Shown piece by piece: positions 21,341 to 30,300 of a stretch of DNA of 64,000 nucleotides. The stretch spans positions 2,677 to 66,676 of the forward strand of contig JBAYQP010000001.1 of NCBI GenBank assembly GCA_041677125.1, in the 5' to 3' direction. The position numbers were made by a program, and so were the translations under genes. The stretch's first letter is position 1; each line of letters starts with the position of its first letter. Origin of the DNA: Desulfuromonadales bacterium. Its GTDB lineage: Bacteria; Desulfobacterota; Desulfuromonadia; Desulfuromonadales; JACZKF01. The notes beneath the pieces are model-generated. The model had not been told where the DNA came from. It did not search any database and was given only the letters and a program-made list of their open reading frames with translations.

Positions 21341-22216
21341 TTGGAAGACGAAAGCAACAGTACCAACGGCCGTGGCAACGGCCGGGTCCCTTCATGGACC
21401 GAAGTTTTGCGGCGAATTTTTTTTGGACGCCGCAGGGTTCTGACCGAAAAAGAACTGCAAGCCATTATTGTCGAATCGGAAGAAGAGGGGATCATCAACG
21501 AGGGGGAAGGGGAGATGCTCCACTCCATCTTCGAGTTTGGTGAAACCATCGTTCGGGAAGTCATGGTCCCGCGCACCGATATGGTCTCCTGCCCGACAAA
21601 CGCCACCCTGCCTCAGTTGCTGCAAGCGATCATCTCCTCTGGACACTCACGAATTCCCGTCTTCGAGGGGAGCAATGATCGCATCGTCGGGATCATCTAT
21701 GCCAAAGACCTGCTGCGCTATTGGGGACGGCCGGAAGGTGAAGTGAAGGTCACCCGGGTCATGCGGACTCCTTACTTCATTCCCGAAACCAAAAACATAG
21801 AAGAGCTGCTGCAGGAATTTCGCACCAAACGGGTCCATATGGCGATTGCCATTGACGAATACGGTGGCACTTCCGGCCTGATCACCATCGAAGACCTCAT
21901 CGAAGAGATTGTCGGCGATATCCAGGATGAATACGACGTCGAGGAGGAATGGCTGCAACAAGAAGATGCCGAAAGCGTGCTGGTCGATGGCCGGTTGAAT
22001 ATCGAAGAACTGGAAGAACATTTCAATATAGAGATTCCTCGCGATAAATTCGATACGGTCGGCGGGTATCTTTTCAACCTGTTCGGCCATGTTCCCGCCG
22101 AAGGAGAGGAAATTCAGGATGGACAGTTGCTGTTGACGGTTGTCGAAAGCGATCCCCGCAAGATTCGCAAGGTCCGCGTTCGCCGCACCGTTCCGGCCCT
22201 GGAAAACGAGAGCTGA
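21341..22216 (+). CDS. corC: CBS-pair plus CorC/HlyC-domain protein (YbeX/CorC-like)
   Basis: 291 aa with a TTG start after an AGGAGG SD. It contains IFEFGETIVREVMVPRTDM, HSRIPV and AIAIDEYGGTSGLITIEDLIEEIVG. Confidence 0.85.
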   Translation: MEDESNSTNGRGNGRVPSWTEVLRRIFFGRRRVLTEKELQAIIVESEEEGIINEGEGEMLHSIFEFGETIVREVMVPRTDMVSCPTNATLPQLLQAIISSGHSRIPVFEGSNDRIVGIIYAKDLLRYWGRPEGEVKVTRVMRTPYFIPETKNIEELLQEFRTKRVHMAIAIDEYGGTSGLITIEDLIEEIVGDIQDEYDVEEEWLQQEDAESVLVDGRLNIEELEEHFNIEIPRDKFDTVGGYLFNLFGHVPAEGEEIQDGQLLLTVVESDPRKIRKVRVRRTVPALENES

Positions 22217-22220
22217 TTTC

Positions 22221-23753
22221 ATGCGCCTGCCGGACCGGGCTCTCCTCATCGCATTTATTTCCGGCCTTCTCCTGGCCCTTTCCTTTCCCCGTCCCGCTCT
22301 GGCGAGCTTTGCCTGGTTCGCCTTGATTCCAGTATTTGCCATCATGCAGCGTCGGCCGTTCGCCTGCGGTTTTATGGCCGGCGTCGCTTTTTTCGGTATG
22401 GTTCTTTACTGGCTGAATATCGTCATGACCACCTATGGGCAGATGCACCCGTTTTTTTCAGCGGCCGCCTATATATTTCTGGTCTGTTACCTGGCCCTGT
22501 TTTTTGGCGTCGCCACCTGGGCTGCCGTTCGTTTACAGGACAAATTGCAGTTGTCCATCGCCTTGACCCTGCCGATCTTATGGGTGGCGCTGGAGTTCGT
22601 TCGCTCATTCCTCCTTTCGGGATTTCCCTGGGCGCTGCTCGGTTATTCCCAGGCGAACCACCCCCTCGTCATCCAGTCGGCGGATTTGGTTGGCGTCTAT
22701 GGCCTGACCTTCCTCATTGTTCTGGTCAATGCCGTTCTGGCCGAGGCGGTCCGCAGCCTGCGCCGTCGTCCTTTTGCCCCCTTGCCGCGCAAGGCGATCG
22801 CTGTCGCAATAATCCTTGTTATCGCGAATCTTGCCTATGGCGCGTTCCGTTTGTCGGAGGATTTGGACTCGCGCGACAAAAGTCTGCAGGTGGCCCTGAT
22901 TCAGGGGAACATCGACCAGGGGATCAAGTGGGATCCTGCATTAAAGCAGAGGACCGTCAATATCTATCGCGATCTCACCCTTGAGGCCCGCGCCCGAGGC
23001 GAACTTGATCTGGTTGTCTGGCCCGAAAGCGCCACCCCTTTCTATTTTCAGGATTTCAGCTTCCTTCGGTCCGAAGTCACCGATGTCCCATTGCGCACCG
23101 GAGCTTTCTTGCTTTTCGGCAGCCCCGCTTACCAGCAAAAAGAGGGTGGCTACGAAAATCTCAACAGCGCCTACCTGCTTGATAAGCATGGGCGCCAGTT
23201 GGGTCGCTCCGATAAGGTTCACCTTGTTCCCTTTGGCGAATACGTTCCTTTCGGTCGTCTGCTTCCTTTCATTGACAAACTCGTAGTGGGGATCGGCGAT
23301 TTTGCGCCCGGCCTGGTCCATCCGTTGCCGATGAACGGAGCGAAAGCCGGCGTTCTGATCTGTTTCGAGGGTATTTTCCCCGAACTGGCTCGCGATTATG
23401 TACGCCGCGGCAGCGATATTCTGGTCAACATCACCAACGATGCATGGTTCGGCCGCTCTTCGGCGCCCTATCAGCATCTCGGCATGACCCTTTTTCGCGC
23501 CGTAGAAAACCGGGTCTGGGTCGCCAGGGCGGCCAATACCGGCATCAGCGCCATAATTTCTCCTGCCGGCCGTATTGTTGCGCAAACGCCTCTTTTTGAG
23601 GAAGCCGCCCTCACCGGCAATCTCGGCCTAGGCGTCAATCGCACCTTCTACACACGTTTCGGCGATTTCTTGCCGATCTTTTTCCTCCTCATATCTCTCT
23701 TTTGGCTTGTTCGCGCCTGGAAATGGCCGCAGCCGGAAACAGCCGGCCACTGA
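22221..23753 (+). CDS. lnt: Apolipoprotein N-acyltransferase
   Basis: 510 aa from MRLPDRALL. A multi-TM N-terminus is followed by a CN-hydrolase domain with WPE, VPFGEYVP and ICFE. The upstream part of ORF 22140.. overlaps corC and was discarded. Confidence 0.9.
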   Translation: MRLPDRALLIAFISGLLLALSFPRPALASFAWFALIPVFAIMQRRPFACGFMAGVAFFGMVLYWLNIVMTTYGQMHPFFSAAAYIFLVCYLALFFGVATWAAVRLQDKLQLSIALTLPILWVALEFVRSFLLSGFPWALLGYSQANHPLVIQSADLVGVYGLTFLIVLVNAVLAEAVRSLRRRPFAPLPRKAIAVAIILVIANLAYGAFRLSEDLDSRDKSLQVALIQGNIDQGIKWDPALKQRTVNIYRDLTLEARARGELDLVVWPESATPFYFQDFSFLRSEVTDVPLRTGAFLLFGSPAYQQKEGGYENLNSAYLLDKHGRQLGRSDKVHLVPFGEYVPFGRLLPFIDKLVVGIGDFAPGLVHPLPMNGAKAGVLICFEGIFPELARDYVRRGSDILVNITNDAWFGRSSAPYQHLGMTLFRAVENRVWVARAANTGISAIISPAGRIVAQTPLFEEAALTGNLGLGVNRTFYTRFGDFLPIFFLLISLFWLVRAWKWPQPETAGH

Positions 23754-23797
23754 TGCGCGCAGGGGAGGGGGGCGGCTGGTCTTCGACTGGAGTTTGC

Positions 23798-24133
23798 ATG
23801 GACAAATTTAATTATTTTCCGACGCCGCATTTCAGGGATCGCCTGGAGAGAATTGAAAAATCCGACCCTTCAGGGCATGCGCGTATTTTGACGGTCATCG
23901 ACCGGCTCCTGCAGCGCCCGAAGGACGCCGATGGCTGGATGCATGGCACTCACCACGGAAGATTGAAAAAGTATGTCGGCCGGCGAGATTACCGCCTGAT
24001 CTATCACTGGTGCCACCTGTGCCGCAAGGAGGACAAGAGGCTTGAAGACCAGTGCGGGTACTGTCCTCAAGTTCCCGACGATGCCGTCATTTTTTTCGAC
24101 GTTTATCACAAGAACGAAATTAAGAGACTTTGA
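23798..24133 (+). CDS. RelE/ParE-superfamily toxin-like protein with an internal CxxC...CxxC insertion
   Basis: 111 aa. Its layout FRDRLERIEK...ILTVIDRLLQRP...GRLKKYVGRRDYRLIYHW...AVIFFDVYHKNE follows the RelE/ParE pattern (kkl...P...l.g...r.rvG.yRliY...v.v.hr). The segment CHLCRKEDKRLEDQCGYC is inserted between the last two strands. Confidence 0.5.
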   Translation: MDKFNYFPTPHFRDRLERIEKSDPSGHARILTVIDRLLQRPKDADGWMHGTHHGRLKKYVGRRDYRLIYHWCHLCRKEDKRLEDQCGYCPQVPDDAVIFFDVYHKNEIKRL

Positions 24134-24405
24134 ACAGGAATGAGATCCTGATAAGCATTAACCGCTCAATGACCGCACTCCCTTTCACTCCGCATTAGCC
24201 GTACGCGTCCGCCGCCACATCCGATACACCAACTTTATTTGTCTCACCCCAAAAATAGGGGGCCTGCGGAAGGTGTTATCTTCGGCAGCGAGCTGACCAG
24301 AACTTGCCGAGGGATGAGAGCCACCCCATTTGGGACTATAAGTAACGTCGGATAAGATATATTATGTAAACTAAGGTTTAATCCGTTATTCGTGGGTGGT
24401 CTGTC

Positions 24406-24624
24406 ATGATGACCCCCGGCGAACGAATGATGGCCGAGGTCAAGGCGCGGCATGAAAAACTTCAATTCTACGTTGACAGTCTAACCAATATCGAACGGTC
24501 AAAGCTGGCCGCTCGCTTCCTTCGCAAAGTCCCCGCAAAGCACCGTCTCTATCTTCTCAAGCGCTCCACCATCGCAGAGCTTGCCTTTGCTGAGGTCTTT
24601 TCTCAGGAGGTCGGCGGATGGTGA
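24406..24624 (+). CDS. Hypothetical small protein (72 aa), low confidence
   Basis: ORF in an AT-richer spacer. A promoter-like TTGGGA-17nt-TAAGAT lies at 24330-24358. No family was recognised. Confidence 0.3.
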   Translation: MMTPGERMMAEVKARHEKLQFYVDSLTNIERSKLAARFLRKVPAKHRLYLLKRSTIAELAFAEVFSQEVGGW

Positions 24625-24851
24625 TTCCTGATCGCCCACTTCCGAATTCTGTGCCTGTCGATAAGGACGCCCACGCCGGCCCGCTTCGACCTTTAGGTGA
24701 ACGGGCTGTCGTGCGGCGCCCCCTCCTCCCGCCTGGGACTCTACCCTCGGTTTCTCGGAGATCAAGCGCCCTGATAACGGCAATCCGGACCTGTCGCCAT
24801 CGGATTGCTCCGGCTCCTGGATCGGCGCATTGCCGCCGCTCTGCGGGCTGA
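24618..24851 (+). CDS. Hypothetical Pro/Arg-rich small protein (77 aa), low confidence
   Basis: Its ATG overlaps the preceding stop (ATGGTGA) and is preceded by AGGAGG at 7-nt spacing. The sequence looks disordered and no family was recognised. Confidence 0.25.
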   Translation: MVIPDRPLPNSVPVDKDAHAGPLRPLGERAVVRRPLLPPGTLPSVSRRSSALITAIRTCRHRIAPAPGSAHCRRSAG

Positions 24852-24987
24852 GGGACATTCGTGGTCCTCTCCGGAGACTGGCGCGCGCTTCTGACTGTCC
24901 GGTGGCTCTACCCTGCCTCAGGAGGTGCTATGAATGCAGTTCGGTGGAAATTGGGAGAGAAAAATTTGGCGTGAATATTCAGCGGGC

Positions 24988-25028
24988 AAAAAAAACGCCC
25001 CGCAGCCAAGGAAGGGATGCTACGGGGC
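24988..25028 (-). terminator. Intrinsic terminator of the phospholipase D gene
   Basis: On the minus strand: GCCCCGTAGC-12 nt loop-GCTGCGGGGC (10 bp including one G-U pair), followed by G plus T8. Confidence 0.8.
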
Positions 25029-25035
25029 AAATTCT

Positions 25036-25063
25036 CTGTCGATATCGACAGTTGATTATTTTT
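25036..25063 (+). terminator. Candidate plus-strand terminator (or palindromic operator) closing the small-ORF unit
   Basis: CTGTCG-atat-CGACAG followed by ttgattattttt. Confidence 0.35.
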
Positions 25064-25129
25064 GGAGGCTTAATTTTCTCTTAATTTAACAGATCTTATT
25101 TTTCTGTCAAGAGAAAAATCTAACGTTTA

Positions 25130-26641
25130 TCACAGCAGTGGGACAATCGGCAGAATGCGATAAAAATTGAGCTTGAATCTTCTCCCCCAACTGGCTTTTG
25201 CATTCGGATTGGTCACCCGTGGGTCCCAACTGTTCCAGGGCATCATTTCCCTGACGATCTGCTTTTCCACCAATTGCGCAAGTTGCCGATTGCGCACAAA
25301 AATTCCTTCTTCCGTATTCAGATGCGCCGACCGGGGGTCAATGTTGAAGGTGCCGATATAAAGGAGTTCGCCATCGATAATCAACGATTTTGCATGCAAA
25401 ACGAATATCGGTGATTTTTCCGGTTCTTGAAGCCCCTGGGCGAGATTTGGCTCAATAGCGGGTTGCGGATTGAACTCTCGAATCAGAAATCCGGCATCGA
25501 GCAGCTCTTGGCGCTGTCGCCAATAACCGCTGAATGCTGCTATGTTGTCGGTCGATGCCAGGGAATTGGTGCTTATGCGCACCTCAATCCCCTGCCGCAG
25601 TTTTTCAAATAAACCGTAGGCTTCCCCCTCAAAGATTAAATACGGCATTTGCAGAACAATCTCTTCCCGTGCCTCGGCAATTGCCTCGGCAACCGCGTCG
25701 GCCATAATGCTCCCGCCCCCCAAACCCTGCTTGTCGATATTTTTGACCGGTAGATCGCTGACGAACCAGATATCTTCGGTCCATACCATTTGCTTCAGTA
25801 GTCGCGATATTTTTTCATCCTGCTCTTCGAGGATACTTTGGGCCAGGGGAATCTGGGCGAGGAGGCGTTCGGCGCACTCATGCACCTCTTCATATAACGC
25901 CTGTAGGTCGTCCTGGTCGAGGGCGGAACGGCGGGCAGGGAGAAGTTCTTCAATGGGGCGGGACAATTCACTCCGCCAGTAGATCTCGAAATTGTCCTGC
26001 ATCGATCCGGCAACTGGCCCGGCCACCATGATATCCCGATCGAGAAAATTGTATTCCTGGTCGTGATCGAAATACTCATTGGCCACATTGCGCCCCCCGG
26101 TTAAGCCAATCAGACTATCGACAAGAAAGGTTTTGTTATGCAAGCGCTGATTAAAGCGGCGAAAATCGGTCAACACATTGACCACCATTTCGGCCATCGA
26201 GACCCCGACGGTCTGCACCGGGTTGTAAATGCGGATTTCGAAATTCGGATGCAGGGAGAGCGCAAGCAGGATTTCGACATCCTCCTTCTTCAGGACCATA
26301 TCGTCCACGACGGCGCGCACCTGAACCCCGCGCTCGGCGGCGCGCAGCAAGGAATCGGTGGCAATCATGCCAATATTGTCGAGACTCCAGATAAACGTCA
26401 GAATGTCGATGCTTTTTTCAGCATTATTGACCATCCAGGATCGAACCAGTAGCGCCTCATCGCCTTTCTCCAGCACATACGCACCGCTGGCGCCCTGGTG
26501 GGCGGCAATCCGATCGCGCAAGGATATGAACGATTGGTTCTTCGACCAACCTGAGCTTGGATAGAAGAAAATCGAACAGCTTAGAAACAGCGGGATTACG
26601 AGCTTAAGGAATGATGACGGATGCGCGGCAGAAAATGACAT
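25130..26641 (-). CDS. Secreted or membrane-anchored phospholipase D-family protein (two HKD motifs)
   Basis: 503 aa with a hydrophobic N-terminus (FLKLVIPLFLSCSIFF). It has HKD motifs HNKTFLVD...GGRN and LHAKSLIIDGE...GTFNIDPRS. Its codon usage is visibly more AT-rich than its neighbours. Confidence 0.85.
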   Translation of the reverse strand: MSFSAAHPSSFLKLVIPLFLSCSIFFYPSSGWSKNQSFISLRDRIAAHQGASGAYVLEKGDEALLVRSWMVNNAEKSIDILTFIWSLDNIGMIATDSLLRAAERGVQVRAVVDDMVLKKEDVEILLALSLHPNFEIRIYNPVQTVGVSMAEMVVNVLTDFRRFNQRLHNKTFLVDSLIGLTGGRNVANEYFDHDQEYNFLDRDIMVAGPVAGSMQDNFEIYWRSELSRPIEELLPARRSALDQDDLQALYEEVHECAERLLAQIPLAQSILEEQDEKISRLLKQMVWTEDIWFVSDLPVKNIDKQGLGGGSIMADAVAEAIAEAREEIVLQMPYLIFEGEAYGLFEKLRQGIEVRISTNSLASTDNIAAFSGYWRQRQELLDAGFLIREFNPQPAIEPNLAQGLQEPEKSPIFVLHAKSLIIDGELLYIGTFNIDPRSAHLNTEEGIFVRNRQLAQLVEKQIVREMMPWNSWDPRVTNPNAKASWGRRFKLNFYRILPIVPLL

Positions 26642-26758
26642 ACGATCAGCTGTCTATTAACATTCGGCACGGATGGCCACCCAAGAATTGGGTCACATTA
26701 AGGTTAGGAGTATTCTGCCAAAAGTCAATTTCACCCCCCTCTCCCACCCTGCAAGCTG

Positions 26759-26787
26759 AAAAAAAGGCGGCCGGATGTCCGGCCGCC
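26759..26787 (-). terminator. Intrinsic terminator of the cus-type operon
   Basis: On the minus strand: GGCGGCCGG-acat-CCGGCCGCC followed by T7, 27 nt after the stop of the last gene. Confidence 0.85.
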
Positions 26788-26813
26788 GGCAATAAATTAT
26801 CTGGGTTGCAAAC

Positions 26814-27314
26814 TTACTTGAGGGTGTGCTTGAACTCGAAGGTGCGCTTCTGGTCATCGGCCAGTTTGGTGCCAACCACCAAGGTGTATTCCCCTTTTTG
26901 TTTCAGAACGGTATCGGCGCCGAAATGCCCCTGCATCCCCATCAGCCTGATCGGGGCGCTGGTTTTTCCGTCGGGACCGGTGATTTTCACCGCCGCCGCG
27001 CCCTTGGTGATCGGCTCGCCGCTTTTGTTGTCGACGAACATCAGCATGATGTGGTGGGTGGTTTCCATCCCCATTTTACTCATGGCGGCGCCGACATCCT
27101 TGAGATGCGCCATCCCCCTTACTCCTGCCTTGGTGTCGTCGCCGAGGATGATCATGTCGCCGTAGGCGTCCATGCCGGCATGATCGTGACCGGCGTGGTC
27201 CATTTTGCCGTGATCCATCCCTTGCTTATTGCGCTCGTGACTGGCGGCAAGCGCGGTCAGCGGCAGGGAGACAACGAAAATAAGCGCCGCCAGAAAGGTG
27301 AATTGATTTTTCAT
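26814..27314 (-). CDS. Periplasmic His/Met-rich metal-binding protein (putative Cu/Ag chaperone; family not recognised)
   Basis: 166 aa with signal peptide MKNQFTFLAALIFVVSLPLTALA. It continues with HERNKQGMDHGKMDHAGHDHAGMD, and later MGMETTHHIMLMF and LMGMQGHFGAD. It is the last gene of the cusCBA-like operon. Confidence 0.6.
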   Translation of the reverse strand: MKNQFTFLAALIFVVSLPLTALAASHERNKQGMDHGKMDHAGHDHAGMDAYGDMIILGDDTKAGVRGMAHLKDVGAAMSKMGMETTHHIMLMFVDNKSGEPITKGAAAVKITGPDGKTSAPIRLMGMQGHFGADTVLKQKGEYTLVVGTKLADDQKRTFEFKHTLK

Positions 27315-27377
27315 GGTGTTTCCTCCATTGTTTTCGGCGGTTGATCCGCCATGGTTAAAGTGTGGTCCTGCTTTCTG

Positions 27378-30300
27378 TTATTCGTGCAGTTCCGTCTGTG
27401 CGGTCGGAACGAGGGTTTTTTCGAGTTTCCGCCCCCGCCACAGGTAGTAAATTACCGGATAAACCATCAGTTCCATGATCCCCGAGGTGACAACACCGCC
27501 GACCATCGGTGCGGCAATGCGCTTCATCACGTCGGCGCCGGCGCCATGACTCCACATGATCGGCAGCAGGCCGGCGATAATGACTGAGATCGTCATTATC
27601 TTGGGCCGGATGCGCTTGACGGCGCCGTGGTGGATCGCCTGGCGCAAATCGCCTCGGGTGCGCATGCGACCGTTGTCTCCCCACAGCTTGTGCGCCAGAT
27701 CGAGATAAAGGAGCATGACCACCCCGGTTTCGGCGTCGAGTCCCGCCAGGGCGATGACGCCGACCCAGACCGCCACCGAGGTATTGTAATCGAGGATGTA
27801 GAGCAGCCAAAAAGCGCCGATGAGGGAAAAAGGCACCGCCAGAAAGACGATCCCCGTCTTAATCAGGCTCTTGGTATTTAGATAGAGGATGACGAAAATA
27901 ATCAGGATTGTCAGCGGGATGATAACAATGAAGCGTTTTTTGGCATCCTGCATATATTCGAACTGGCCGCTCCAGACAATGCTGTAGCCGGTCGGCAGTG
28001 CGATCTTTTCGACCGCCTGCTGCGCCTGCTTCACATAGGTGCCGACGTCGATGTCTTTGATATCGACATAAATCCAGGCGGTGCGCCGGGCGTTTTCGCT
28101 CTTGATGCTCGGCGGCCCCTTCTGAATGACGATGTCCGCCAACTGGGAGATCGGGATGTGCGTGCCGTCTTTCAACGGAACCAGAACCCGCTCCAGCGAT
28201 TGCAGGTCGTTGCGGTAGTCGCGCTGGTACCGGATATTAACGGGATAACGCTCAAGCCCCTCGACGGTGGTGGTGATGTTCACGCCGCCGATGGCCGACT
28301 GAATGACATCCTGCACCTCGCCGACGGTGAGGCCGTAGCGGGCGGCGGCTTCGCGATCGATGTCGAAATCGAGATAATTGCCGCCGGTTACCCGCTCCGA
28401 GTAAGCGGAAAGGGTTCCCGGCAGGGTGCGCACCAACGCCTCGATTTCTTCGCCGATATCGCTGAGAGTCTGTAGATCCGGCCCCATAATCTTGATCCCT
28501 ACCGGGGTCTTGATGCCGGTGGAGAGCATGTCGATGCGCGTCTTGATCGGCATCGTCCAGGCGTTGGTGAGCCCCGGAAACTGGATGGCGTTGTTGAGCT
28601 GTTCCTTCAACTCTTCGACATTAATGGTGCGTTGCTCCGGCCAGATCCATCCCAGCGGCGCCTGCGCCCACTCGGTCCACTGCGGCCAGTCGGAATAGAA
28701 ACGCCGCACCGGCACCTTCCGCCACTCCTCCTCCGGCTTGAGCATGATGGTGGTCTCGATCATCGACAGCGGCGCCGGATCGGTGGCCGTCTCGGCGCGT
28801 CCGACCTTGCCGAAAACGTGGTGCACCTCTGGAAATTCCTTGATGATCTTGTCGGTCTGCTGCAGCAGTTCCTTGGCCTTGCCGATGGAGATCCCCGGCA
28901 AGGTGGTCGGCATGTAAAGAAGGTCGCCCTCATAGAGGGGCGGCATGAACTCCGAGCCCATTTTCGATAGCGGCCAGATGATGGAGAGCATCAGCAGCAG
29001 CGCCACCAGCAGGGTGCTCTTACGCCATTTGAGGACGAAATCGACCACCGGGTGGTAGGCGCGGATGAGCAGCCGGTTGATGGGGTTCTCGTCTTCGGAT
29101 TTGATCTTGCCGCGGATGAACCAGACCATCAGCACCGGCACGACGGTGACGGAGAGAATCGCCGCCGCCGCCATGGCGTAGGTCTTGGTGAAGGCCAGGG
29201 GTTTGAACATGCGCCCGGACTGCTCCTGCAGGGCGAAAACCGGAACGAAAGAGACGGTGATCACCAGCAGCGAGTAGAAAAGGGTCGGACCGACCTCCAC
29301 CGCCGAGTCGCGGATGATCTGCCAGTGGGGCTTTTTCCCCTGATAGCGCTCCAGGTGCTTGTGGGCGTTTTCGATCATGATGATCGCTGCATCGACCATG
29401 GCGCCGATGGCGATGGCGATCCCCCCCAGGCTCATGATGTTGGCGTTGATTCCCTGCGCGCCCATGATCACGAAGGCAATCAGCAGCGCCACCGGCAGCG
29501 TGAAGATCGCCACCAGCGAACTCGGCAGGTGAAAGAGAAACAAGGCGGTGACCAGGGCCACGACGATGCTCTCCTCGATGAGCTTCTCCTTGAGGGTGTC
29601 CACCGCCCGCTCGATGAGATCGGAGCGGTCGTACGTGGTGACGATCTCAACCCCTTCCGGCAGTCCCGTCGCAAGCTGGGCCAGTTTCTCCTTGACCCGC
29701 TCGATGGTGGCCAGGGCGTTCTCGCCGAAACGCATGACGACGATGCCGCCGACCACCTCCCCTTCCCCGTTGAGCTCGGCGACGCCTCGGCGCAGTTCGG
29801 GGCCGATCTTCACTTCGGCCAGGTCGCGCACCAGCACCGGCGTCCCTTTACTATCGGTGCCGACAACGACTTTTTCGATGTCCTCCTTCGACTGAATATA
29901 GCCCTTGCCCCGGATCATGTACTCGGTTTCGGCCATTTCGATGAGCCGCCCGCCGACATCGTTGTTGCTGCGCTGGATCGCCGCCTTGATCTGCGGGATG
30001 GTGAAGTGATAGGCGAGCAGCCGCACCGGGTCGACGCTCACCTGGTACTGCTTGACATAGCCGCCGATGCTGGCTACTTCGGCAACCCCTTCGACGGCGG
30101 TCAACTCATAGCGCAGGAACCAATCCTGAAGCGAGCGCAACTGCTGCAGATCGGTCCGTCCATCGCTGACCAGGGCGTACTCGTAAACCCAGCCGACCCC
30201 GGTGGCATCGGGACCCAATGTAGGGGTGACCCCTCGGGGCAGCTTGCCGGAGGCGTAGTTCAGGTACTCCAGCACCCGGGAACGGGCCCAGTAAATATCC

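Noticed and set aside
24523-24541. cgcaaagtccccgcaaagc, superficially like the ACGCAAAGC core of GEMM-I (c-di-GMP/cGAMP) riboswitches common in Geobacter
   Set aside because: I could not find the flanking P1/P2 helices or a GNRA tetraloop-receptor arrangement. The stretch also lies inside a candidate ORF.
26679-26693. Inverted repeat ACCCAA-gaa-TTGGGT upstream of the PLD gene as an operator
   Set aside because: It has only 6-bp arms and is a single copy, with no supporting context.
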